Below are positions 51,077-59,795 of a stretch of 64,000 bases of DNA, piece by piece. The notes below the pieces were generated by a model. It did not search any database, was not told the origin of the DNA, and saw only the letters and a program-made list of their open reading frames with translations. The DNA comes from Nitrospirota bacterium (GTDB taxonomy: Bacteria > Nitrospirota > UBA9217), in NCBI GenBank assembly GCA_963845065.1, contig CAWJQQ010000008.1, forward strand, positions 320,001 through 384,000. The letters are read 5' to 3'. The translations under genes and the position numbers were made by a program. Numbering within the stretch: the first letter of the stretch is position 1; the number at the start of each line of letters is the position of its first letter.

Positions 51077-51540
51077 GCCGGTTCCCCGGCAAGTACAGTA
51101 CGGGAAACGGCGCCCGCTTCGATGAGGACGGCGACCTCTGGTTCATGGGCCGCGTGGACGACATGATCAACGTTTCGGGCCACCGGCTCGGCAGAGGTCG
51201 AAGCAGCGCTGGTCAGTCATGGGTCCGTTGCCGAAGCGGCAGTGGGTAGTTTACCCGCACGACATTAAGGGTGAAGGCATTTAGTGTATGTTACCCTTAA
51301 GGAAGGCCAGAAGCCATCCGAAGAACTCAAGAATATCCTGGTCAGCCAAGTACGTTCAGTCACCGGTCCGATAGCCACGCCGGGCAAACTCCAGTTCGCG
51401 CCCGGCCTGCCTAAGACATGGAGCGGCAAGATCATGCGCCGCATCCGGAAGATCGCGCAAGACCAGGCGGATGAACAGGGCAATGCGTCAAGGCTTACGG
51501 ACCCTACCGTGGTCTAAAAACCTCGTGAAGGAAAGAGTGA
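51077..51540 (+). pseudogene. Frameshifted 3' fragment of acs
   Basis: Aligns to 45982-46454 with several indels and stops; preceded by a copy of the acs upstream region. Confidence 0.9.
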
Positions 51541-51569
51541 CGTCGCATGCAGGATCATTGCCCTGTCGC

Positions 51570-51598
51570 TTGACAGGTTCCCTTGCGGAACCTATACT
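51570..51598 (+). promoter_or_regulatory. Sigma-70 promoter
   Basis: TTGACA-N17-TATACT. Confidence 0.8.
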
Positions 51599-51667
51599 AT
51601 ATCCAGATGGTTGTTGTAAACGCGGCAGCGCGTAAATATGGGCAACGGCGGGTGAGTTTGCATATAT

Positions 51668-51711
51668 AAAAAGCCCATTTGCAGTTGCGACTGCAAATGG
51701 GCTTTTCTTTT
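51668..51711 (+). terminator. Strong intrinsic terminator in the leader of the selenoprotein operon
   Basis: AAAAGCCCATTTGCAGT-TGCG-ACTGCAAATGGGCTTTT then CTTTT. Confidence 0.88.
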
Positions 51712-51766
51712 CAAGGTACAGGCAGTATGAACCGAACAGGACAATCTTCTCTTAAAGAGGCGTAAA

Positions 51767-52348
51767 ATGAAACGACTTGTGCTTGTCGCACTGATCTTCC
51801 TTCTTGCCGGGTATGCCGCGGCAGAGGATAAGCGCTACTCTGTCCCCATCAACGATTCGCCGGCGACCGGTCCCGTTGATGCTCCGGTGACTATCATCGA
51901 ATTCCTCGATTTCCAGTGACCGCACTGTGTGGCGGCCGGTCCGACCGTCAAAAAAATCATGGACGTCTACAAGGGGAAAATCAGGCTTGTCATCAAGAAC
52001 TATCCCTACATATACCGTGACTATTCCCATATTGCTGCCGAAGCATCGCTTGCGGCTCGGGATCAGGGCAAGTACTGGGAGATGCACGACCTCCTGATCA
52101 AGCGTTCGCCGAAACTCGACCGGGCCAGCCTCATCAAATACGCGCAGGAAATCGGGCTCGATGTGAAGAAGTTTGCCGAATCGCTTGATACCAAGAAGCA
52201 TGCTCAAGAAATCGAGCAAGACGAGAAGCTGGCCGTTGATCTGGATCTCTATAATACGCCGACTTTTTTCATCAATGGCCGTAAGGTCATCGGTGAACGG
52301 CCTTTTGAGTATTTCAAGAAAATCATCGATGAAGAATTAAATAGGTAG
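51767..52348 (+). CDS. DsbA/DsbG-like thioredoxin-fold selenoprotein (UxxC), exported
   Basis: Signal peptide MKRLVLVALIFLLAGYAAA; GPVDAPVTIIEFLDFQ-TGA(51917)-PHC continues in frame to TPTFFING; SECIS-like hairpin after the TGA. Confidence 0.88.
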
Positions 52349-52430
52349 ATTCAGATTGCCAATTGACATTGAAGCCGCCCTAAGCGTGTCGTTTTCCAGT
52401 GAAATCGGCAATGAAAGGTGAGGAGAAAAC

Positions 52431-53486
52431 ATGCCTTTCCGCATGTTCGCATCACTGGGACTAGCGGTGCTATTGTCAGGCACCGCTTTCGCCGGAAACC
52501 TTGAGCCGTTCAAGACTGTTCCGGTCCCTGAACAAAACCCTCAGACACCGGAGAAGATAGAACTCGGGAAGAAGCTGTTTTTTGACCGGAGGCTGTCAGG
52601 AGACGGGACTATGAGTTGTGCCACCTGTCATGATCCGGAGAAGGCGTTTACCGACGGCCTTGCTATTTCCCTCAGTTATCCAACAACGAGAAATTGGCGT
52701 AATGCTCCGACGCTCATCAACGTGGCGTTTCAGAAATACCTTTTTTTTGACGGCCGCGCCTTGACACTTGAGGACCAGGCCCTGTTCCCAATGATGTCGG
52801 CTTTCGAGATGAACCGCAATCTCGATTTCGTCGAGGAAGTGATCCGCTCCGTGCCCGAATATGTTGATGCATTCCAGAAGGTATTCGGCGGCGAGCCATC
52901 ACGGGAGCGGATCGCCATGGCCATTGCCTCTTTTGAACGGACAATCATTTCTGCAAACACACCTCTCGACCGTTACTTGAGGGGTGACAAAAAGGCCCTG
53001 TCCGAAGCAGCCAAAAAAGGGCTCGTGATATTCATGGGCAAGGGCAGGTGCGGGGAGTGCCACTACGGCGTTAACCTGTGCGATGACAACTTCCATTCCC
53101 TGAACGTGCCCGAGAACCCTGAGCAGCAGAGCGATTCGCGCATTGCGATCACGCGACGGTATGTGGCCAAGATTTTCCACTACGAGGATTATCGGAACCT
53201 GGCTGAAGATCCGGGCAGGTACCTGATCACGAAGGACAAAAAAGACTGGAAAGCCTTCAAGACACCGACACTGCGCGAGATCGCGAAGACCGCGCCGTAC
53301 ATGCACAATGGGATTTTTCAAACGCTTGATGACGTTATAGACTTTTTCGACATGGGCGGCGGCAAGGGAAATACCGTGATCAAACCGCTGGGCTTGAGTA
53401 ATGAGGAGAAGAGTTATCTCAAGACGTTTCTTACTGAAGCATTGACCAGTGAAGAGACTGTTTTCGAGTATCCAAAGATACCGTAG
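52431..53486 (+). CDS. Di-haem cytochrome c peroxidase/MauG family
   Basis: Signal peptide, LGKKLFFD.RLS, CATCH, RNAPT, CGECH, FKTPTLRE, PYMHNG. Confidence 0.93.
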   Translation: MPFRMFASLGLAVLLSGTAFAGNLEPFKTVPVPEQNPQTPEKIELGKKLFFDRRLSGDGTMSCATCHDPEKAFTDGLAISLSYPTTRNWRNAPTLINVAFQKYLFFDGRALTLEDQALFPMMSAFEMNRNLDFVEEVIRSVPEYVDAFQKVFGGEPSRERIAMAIASFERTIISANTPLDRYLRGDKKALSEAAKKGLVIFMGKGRCGECHYGVNLCDDNFHSLNVPENPEQQSDSRIAITRRYVAKIFHYEDYRNLAEDPGRYLITKDKKDWKAFKTPTLREIAKTAPYMHNGIFQTLDDVIDFFDMGGGKGNTVIKPLGLSNEEKSYLKTFLTEALTSEETVFEYPKIP

Positions 53487-53577
53487 AAAAGCAGAATCGA
53501 AAGGTTTAGACAGAATAACGGTATTCCACGGGAATGCGCTGTTCCTGTGTGCGATTTTATCCTGTCAAGAGGTTTTC

Positions 53578-54336
53578 ATGGAAATGATCGAAGAGCTCAT
53601 CAAAAAGAAGCCGCACCTCGTGGACCCGCTCCGATTCTATAAAAAAGCTGCCAAATTTATGGATGCAGCAAAAGAATTCACTACAGCTGCGAGGCCAGCC
53701 CAGATAGCTTATTCTCCTGATATCGTTGCCAGGATAGTAGACATTTTCTCCCGTGCGCTCGAACTCCCAGAAGGAACACTTTCGCCGCTCGAACATGCCT
53801 TGGAATTGGGGGAAATAGATTTTACAAGATTGCCCTTGCGTGAAGTCCCGGCATTTTCACTTCCGTATGCCGAGGAGGACCTGACCATGATCCTCTTTCT
53901 CGTGAGCAGGCCTTTCTTCCTTGCATTGGGCGAGGCATGCAATCTGAACGGCAAGTTATGGGATGGGGGAAAATGTCCAGTGTGTTATTCTCAACCATCG
54001 TTATCTTCTCAGACGCAGGAAGGCCGGATGCAGCTTTACTGCTCGTTTTGCGGCACGAGCGGACAGGTCCTGGGGGTACAGTGTCCTTTATGTCATAATC
54101 AGGATTTGGCGCAGTTGAACAGCTTCACGTTTACGGGCGAAGAAGGCTTTTCCATACAAACCTGCGATGCATGCAAATCTTATGTGAAAAATGTGGAACC
54201 GGAATTGCTCTCCCGGATCGGCCCGGATCTGGCCGATCTGATGAGCCTGCCTCTGGATATAGTGATACAACAAAAGGGGTATTGCCGTCGCTCGCCAAAT
54301 TCCATCGGCATAATTAATATGAACGCACGCGGATAA
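53578..54336 (+). CDS. fdhE: FdhE-like formate dehydrogenase accessory protein
   Basis: CPVC, CSFC, CPLC, CDAC-KSYVK, DLMSLPLD...GY. Confidence 0.8.
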   Translation: MEMIEELIKKKPHLVDPLRFYKKAAKFMDAAKEFTTAARPAQIAYSPDIVARIVDIFSRALELPEGTLSPLEHALELGEIDFTRLPLREVPAFSLPYAEEDLTMILFLVSRPFFLALGEACNLNGKLWDGGKCPVCYSQPSLSSQTQEGRMQLYCSFCGTSGQVLGVQCPLCHNQDLAQLNSFTFTGEEGFSIQTCDACKSYVKNVEPELLSRIGPDLADLMSLPLDIVIQQKGYCRRSPNSIGIINMNARG

Positions 54337-54401
54337 TCTCCCCCGGTTTCGTTCTTTACAACGCCGCTCTTGCTACAATATATTTCTAAAGCAATTTCAC
54401 C

Positions 54402-54430
54402 TTGACTCTCGTCTTGCCTTGCGTGATAAT
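54402..54430 (+). promoter_or_regulatory. Putative sigma-70 promoter of the transketolase-CMD-RLP operon
   Basis: TTGACT-N17-GATAAT. Confidence 0.45.
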
Positions 54431-54567
54431 CAACGCCATTAAACAGGAGACACAATTTTACAGAACAAGCAAAGTTCGTGAATAAAGTGTGAACACCAGC
54501 GTGGCTGACATTTTTTCGCGAACTCGGTTGTTAAAGAGATTTTTTTTCAAGGAGACGTTCGGGAGAT

Positions 54568-56556
54568 ATGAGGGTACTAGCAAATAAAAAGGATTCCCCC
54601 TTATGGCAGGATGAAGTCAAACGCGTTGCGGCAGGCATACGGCGGCGCGTGCTTGAGCATACCATCAAGAACAATGGAGGGTATCTCTCCCAGGCCTGTT
54701 CATCCGCCGAGATCATGGCAACGCTCTATGTGAAGGTTATGGACCTCGGGGAAATAGAGACTCCTTTTGTGCCGCAGCCATTTCCCGGAGTGCCCGGTCC
54801 TGATAATTCTCATTATGTTACTGGCGCTGCGTACAACGGCCCCGGCGAACATCGTGATCGGTTCTTCCTTTCTCCTGCACAATATGCCCTCGTCTTGTAC
54901 GCGACCCTCATCGAGACCGGCCGGATGGCAGAGGAAGGTTTGCTGCAGTTCAACCAGGATGGAAGCTCTGTCGAGATGATAGGCGCCGAACATTCACCGG
55001 GCATGGAAACAATGACTGGCTCACTCGGCCAGGGCATCAGCCAGGCAGCGGGCATAGCCATGGCCAGAAGGAGAAAGGGCGAGAAGGGCAGGGTGGTTGT
55101 CTTCATGTCCGACGGCGAATTCCAGATCGGTCAGACGTGGGAGGCGCTCCAGTCAATGTCCTTTCATATGCTCGATAACGTTCTCGTCTACGTGGACGTG
55201 AATGGCTTCCAATGTGATGGCAAGATGTGCATGGTCATGGACATAGAACCATTGGACAAGAGGCTCGAATCCTTCGGCGCACGGGTATTTCGGATAAACG
55301 GGCACGACTGCAAATGTCTTGCTGAAGTCGGATCTCTGAGGCCGGATGGACGGCCGATAGTCGTCTTGTGCGATACCGATGCTGCGCGAGGGCTCGATGT
55401 ACTAAAAACGCGGGCACCAAAGATGCATTATGTCCGCTTCTCTTCAGAGGAGGAAAAGCAGCGCTACAGAAAAGCTTTTGAATCTATGAGCGGTAAGATC
55501 ATGGCCGCAGCGGAGAACGATAAAAAAACAGCGAAGCCCCAGTCCGGCCCCGAGATAGTTACCAGGGTACATGCAAAAAATCTCGTCAAGTGGGCGGCTG
55601 ATAAACCCAATGTGCTCGTGCTTTCCGCCGATCTTACGAGTTCAACGGAGATCGATCTTTTCCGCGACACTTATCCAGACCGGTTCCTGTCCATGGGGAT
55701 AGCCGAGCAGAACATGCTGAGCTTTGCTGCAGGCCTCGCGCGGGAAGGCTACATTCCCCTTGTGCATACTTTTGCAGTATTTATATATAGAAGGGCCTTT
55801 GACCAAATTGCCATGTCCATCGCTTATCCGAACCTTCCTGTACGCATGATCGGATTTCTGCCGGGGATTACCACGCCCGGTGGGGCAACACACCAGGCAA
55901 TCGAAGACATTTCGCTTATGCGCTCGTTGCCGAACATGACAGTGCTCGAGTGCGGTGATGCGACAGACGTTGAATCCGTACTCGATGTTATGCAGGGCAT
56001 CAATGGTCCGGTATATGTACGCATGCTGCGTGGAGAGATTCCTCGTCTCTTTGATAAAACGAAACCGATGCAGTTCGGAAAGTCACGGGTTATCTCTGAG
56101 GGTAACGATATAACACTCTTGACCTCCGGCATCATGACCGAAGAAGCGATGAGGGTTGTCCAGGTGCTCAGGAAACGCGGGATATCGATCCAGCACATGC
56201 ATATCTCCACTTTGAAGCCATTTAACGATAGGTCAGTTCTCGATGCGATTGCACGACCGCGCCACGGTGTTATCACGATGGAAAACCACATGATCATCGG
56301 CGGTTTGGGATCGATTATTGCCGAGAAGATGGCGGAAACAGGTAGTGCGAAGAAACTCGTTAGAATCGGGCTCAGGGATACCTTCAGCCACGGTGCGAGC
56401 AAACAATACCTTTTAAAGGAACACAATATGGATGCAATGTCCCTAATCCGCGAGATAGAATTACTGGTGAATGAAAAGTTCAATATCGCTGAGCAGGAAC
56501 TTGCAAAAACACACATTTCCGCAGTCCACAGCACTGCAAAGGCAGAGGCGCTATAG
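54568..56556 (+). CDS. Transketolase-like TPP enzyme (fused N and C subunits) with atypical active site
   Basis: TGSLGQG, SDGEFQIGQTWEA...LDN...VDVN, SADLTSST, GIAEQNM, GGATHQAIED, VYVRM. Confidence 0.9.
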   Translation: MRVLANKKDSPLWQDEVKRVAAGIRRRVLEHTIKNNGGYLSQACSSAEIMATLYVKVMDLGEIETPFVPQPFPGVPGPDNSHYVTGAAYNGPGEHRDRFFLSPAQYALVLYATLIETGRMAEEGLLQFNQDGSSVEMIGAEHSPGMETMTGSLGQGISQAAGIAMARRRKGEKGRVVVFMSDGEFQIGQTWEALQSMSFHMLDNVLVYVDVNGFQCDGKMCMVMDIEPLDKRLESFGARVFRINGHDCKCLAEVGSLRPDGRPIVVLCDTDAARGLDVLKTRAPKMHYVRFSSEEEKQRYRKAFESMSGKIMAAAENDKKTAKPQSGPEIVTRVHAKNLVKWAADKPNVLVLSADLTSSTEIDLFRDTYPDRFLSMGIAEQNMLSFAAGLAREGYIPLVHTFAVFIYRRAFDQIAMSIAYPNLPVRMIGFLPGITTPGGATHQAIEDISLMRSLPNMTVLECGDATDVESVLDVMQGINGPVYVRMLRGEIPRLFDKTKPMQFGKSRVISEGNDITLLTSGIMTEEAMRVVQVLRKRGISIQHMHISTLKPFNDRSVLDAIARPRHGVITMENHMIIGGLGSIIAEKMAETGSAKKLVRIGLRDTFSHGASKQYLLKEHNMDAMSLIREIELLVNEKFNIAEQELAKTHISAVHSTAKAEAL

Positions 56557-56593
56557 GATGTGAGGAATGTGGAGTGCTGAATAGGACCTGAAA

Positions 56594-57049
56594 ATGAAAA
56601 AAAAGAACAATGTTACGAAGGTTAATACTGGATCAAGGCTCATACGCGACACCAAAGCCCTGCTGGGGAAAAAGGAACTGGCAGAGGCTCTGGCGGAAAT
56701 GCATGCAGGAAAGAACGGTGAATTGGGATTTCTCTTAACAGTGCTGAAAGAGCGTCCCCGAAACTTCAATCCCTTTCTGTTCAAGGGAATGGCAATTTAC
56801 AAAGAGCCTTCCGCGCTGGACAGAAAAACGGCCGAGCTCGTCGCTGTGGGCGCAGCTGCGGCTCTACGATGCGACCATTGTCTTGAAGCCCATCTGTACC
56901 GGGCCATGGTTGCGGGTGCGTCGCTTGAAGAGCTCATGGATGCGCTCCTTGTGGCCGGGGCGATCTCCGAGTCGTCCACGCTTTCCGTCGCGTTCCGCAA
57001 GTACAAGCAGCTGGAAGGTAAAACCAAAAGAAGCGGCGTAGAGGAATAA
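56594..57049 (+). CDS. AhpD/carboxymuconolactone decarboxylase family protein with CxxC
   Basis: LDRKTAELVAVGAAAALRCDHCLEAHL..A...GAS.EE. Confidence 0.88.
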   Translation: MKKKNNVTKVNTGSRLIRDTKALLGKKELAEALAEMHAGKNGELGFLLTVLKERPRNFNPFLFKGMAIYKEPSALDRKTAELVAVGAAAALRCDHCLEAHLYRAMVAGASLEELMDALLVAGAISESSTLSVAFRKYKQLEGKTKRSGVEE

Positions 57050-57077
57050 GCGCCGTCTGCATGATGAAATCTTTTCC

Positions 57078-58229
57078 ATGATCATCCAACAAACCTGCAC
57101 TCCCGATTCTTTTTTCTCCGGCGACCGTTTTTCTGTCACCTACCGGCTCTTCGGTTCCGAGAGGGAAACCCGCTCCAAAGCAGAAGACATCTGTATCGAG
57201 CAGACAGTGGAGTTTCCCGTTGACGAAGTGCCAGAGGGGATTATCAGGGACCATATATTCGGACGAATTGAACTGTTTGAACAGATCGATCGGGAAAGTT
57301 TTAATGCGACAATCAGTTACGCTGTCGAGATTGTTGCGGGAGAGTTGACCCAATTCCTGAACGTCCTGTTCGGCAATAGCAGTATCAAGCCCGGCATCCG
57401 CGTGGAGCACCTTGACCTTTCAGAGTCATTGCTCAAACATTTCAAAGGGCCCCGTTTCGGAAGGCAGGGGCTGCGAAAACTATTCAATGCACCGAAACGC
57501 CCACTCCTCTCTACGGCCGTAAAGCCCATGGGGTTGTCGTGCAAGGAGCTTGCAGAAATCGCGTACCAATTCGCATTGGGCGGCATGGACCTGATCAAGG
57601 ACGACCACGGGCTGACTGATCAGTGCTGCTCTCCGTTCGCGGAACGGGTCAAGCGCTGCGCCGAAGCGGTTCAGAAAGCAAATAAGGAAACAGGAGGACG
57701 CGCGATCTATGTTGCGAATATCACTGCGCCGAACGCCGAGGTGATGAAGAGAGCGCGGTTTGCAAAAGACGCGGGAGCAGGCGGTCTCATGGCGGCGCCG
57801 GGCTTGATTGGCATGGACCTGTTGCGGGAACTGGCAGACGACGAGAGCATTGCGCTGCCGGTCCTGACGCACCCTGCTTTGCAGGGAAGTTTTGTGACTA
57901 GCGCGAGTGGCATTTCCCACGGTGTCCTCTTCGGCCAGCTGGCACGCCTGGCCGGTGCCGATGCAACCATCTTCCCGAATTTCGGTGGACGGTTTTCGTT
58001 CAGTCGCGAAGAATGCAAGGAAATCGCTCTAAGGACGAATGAGCACATGGGCCATCTGAAAGCGATCTTCCCTGCGCCGGGGGGCGGCATGAGTCTGGAC
58101 AAGGTACCGGACATGCTTGAGACTTATGGCCAGGACCTGATTTTTTTGATCGGAGGGGGGCTGTTCAAACAGGGTCCGGACCTCATTGAGAACTGCCGGC
58201 ACTTTAGAAAAATAGTGGAGATGATGTAG
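57078..58229 (+). CDS. RuBisCO-like protein (form IV, R. rubrum/DeepYkr-like)
   Basis: VKPMGLS, GGMDLIKDDHGL, THPALQGS, RLAGAD, PNFGGRF, PAPGGGM, LIGGG. Confidence 0.9.
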   Translation: MIIQQTCTPDSFFSGDRFSVTYRLFGSERETRSKAEDICIEQTVEFPVDEVPEGIIRDHIFGRIELFEQIDRESFNATISYAVEIVAGELTQFLNVLFGNSSIKPGIRVEHLDLSESLLKHFKGPRFGRQGLRKLFNAPKRPLLSTAVKPMGLSCKELAEIAYQFALGGMDLIKDDHGLTDQCCSPFAERVKRCAEAVQKANKETGGRAIYVANITAPNAEVMKRARFAKDAGAGGLMAAPGLIGMDLLRELADDESIALPVLTHPALQGSFVTSASGISHGVLFGQLARLAGADATIFPNFGGRFSFSREECKEIALRTNEHMGHLKAIFPAPGGGMSLDKVPDMLETYGQDLIFLIGGGLFKQGPDLIENCRHFRKIVEMM

Positions 58230-58626
58230 TGCATGTAAAATATGGAAGTTACCGAGGCATTATCTCTGACGAGAGCAGTCCGACCTAATAATATTTTTGG
58301 AATTGTTGATATTGTGAGATTATATAACCTCTATCCCGCCTTTTCCCTCTTTCGCGCATAAAATTGTGAGCCTGCTTGTTACTTATCTTTTCCTTATGTT
58401 CCCCGGGTGATGCGCAATGTTGGTATAATAATATTATTAATAATATGCGAAAGTTAGTCGTTGCCCAAACAGTTACTCGCATCAGGGAGCAATTCTCCAA
58501 CGTTTAAAAATAGTGGCTTCGTTCACACTTCTATGAAATGGCATAACCATTAAGAGAAGCAGGCTATTCTCACTCTCCTGAAAAGAGTAGTTGCCATAGG
58601 GCGTCTCGCCCTTGCGGAGGCCCTTC

Positions 58627-59631
58627 ATGAAAAAAATCGCCATTAACGGCCTTGGACGCATCGGACGCTTGGTCCTGCGCCAGTATCTATCAAACAAGCC
58701 AGAGAATGTGACCTTAGTCGCAGCAAATAGCCCTGCCCCGATTGAAGAGCTTGCCTATCTTATCAGGTACGATTCTATCCACGGACGGGCTCCCTTCGAT
58801 ATAAAAACAGGATCGGATTATCTCCAACTCGGGTCGACGAGAGTAGCAATTTCCCATGAAAGGGACCCTGAACAATTGCCTTGGAGAGCTTTAGGAGTTG
58901 ACATAGTCCTGGAATGCACGGGTCTTTTCATCAAGAGGGAAGATGCAGCCAAACACATGACAGCCGGAGCATCGAAAGTAATTATCAGTGCAGAAGCGAA
59001 AAACGAAGATCTGACCGTGGTTCTGGGCGTGAACGAGAAAGCCTACGACCCCCAAAAACACTATATTCTATCAAACGCTTCGTGTACGACGAACTGCCTG
59101 GCAACAGCCGTTAAGGTTCTGAACGACGCTTTTGGGATCGATTACTTGATGGCCACGACAATCCATGCCTATACTGCCAGCCAGGCGCTTATTGACAGCT
59201 CTTCCCCGAGGCATAGGCGGCGGGGACGGGCCGCTGCTGTTTCGCTGATACCAGCTAGTACAGGGGCTGCTACTGCCACGGAGCGTGTGCTTCCTGAACT
59301 TAAAGGGAGAATGTCTGCCATAGCCGTGCGGGTGCCTGTTGCCGACGGTTCACTCACTGATATTACGGCCCATGTGAAACGAGACGTTACCTCTGAGATG
59401 GTGAACTCGGCTTTCAAGCGGGCAGCAGAGGGAAATATGCGTGGTATCCTGGGATACAGCGAGGATGAGCTGGTGTCCGCCGATATAATCGGGGACGAAC
59501 ATTCGGGCATCGTTGATGCCAACGCTACCAAGGTCCTCGCGGACCGTGTAGTTAAGTCGTTTGTATGGTATGACAATGAATACGGATATGCGCGGCGGCT
59601 GCTCGATCTCGCTGATTACATCGCTCGATGA
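58627..59631 (+). CDS. gap: Type I glyceraldehyde-3-phosphate dehydrogenase
   Basis: IAINGLGRIGR, SNASCTTNCLA, IPASTGAA, RVPV, WYDNEYGY. Confidence 0.94.
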   Translation: MKKIAINGLGRIGRLVLRQYLSNKPENVTLVAANSPAPIEELAYLIRYDSIHGRAPFDIKTGSDYLQLGSTRVAISHERDPEQLPWRALGVDIVLECTGLFIKREDAAKHMTAGASKVIISAEAKNEDLTVVLGVNEKAYDPQKHYILSNASCTTNCLATAVKVLNDAFGIDYLMATTIHAYTASQALIDSSSPRHRRRGRAAAVSLIPASTGAATATERVLPELKGRMSAIAVRVPVADGSLTDITAHVKRDVTSEMVNSAFKRAAEGNMRGILGYSEDELVSADIIGDEHSGIVDANATKVLADRVVKSFVWYDNEYGYARRLLDLADYIAR

Positions 59632-59795
59632 AAAATCGGCGCCTGCATGGGGAGCGACTCCATGGAACAAAACAAAAAATAATAATGGGGCGGCAAAAGA
59701 ATATCGTCTTGATCGCCCATGACCATAATAGATTTTGATGCGTATTCCTTGAAATTTGGCGATTTTGATAAGCACTGAAAAGTGGTTTGTAGGTT

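Noticed and set aside
51929..52348. 139-aa ORF as listed, or a dsbA pseudogene
   Set aside because: It lacks the active site and signal peptide; Sec read-through from 51767 explains it better.
57078..58229. Carboxylating RuBisCO or Calvin cycle (with TK and GAPDH nearby)
   Set aside because: KDDH instead of KDDE, K177/R295/H327/K334 equivalents substituted, only 383 aa, and no rbcS or prk; this is a form IV RLP.
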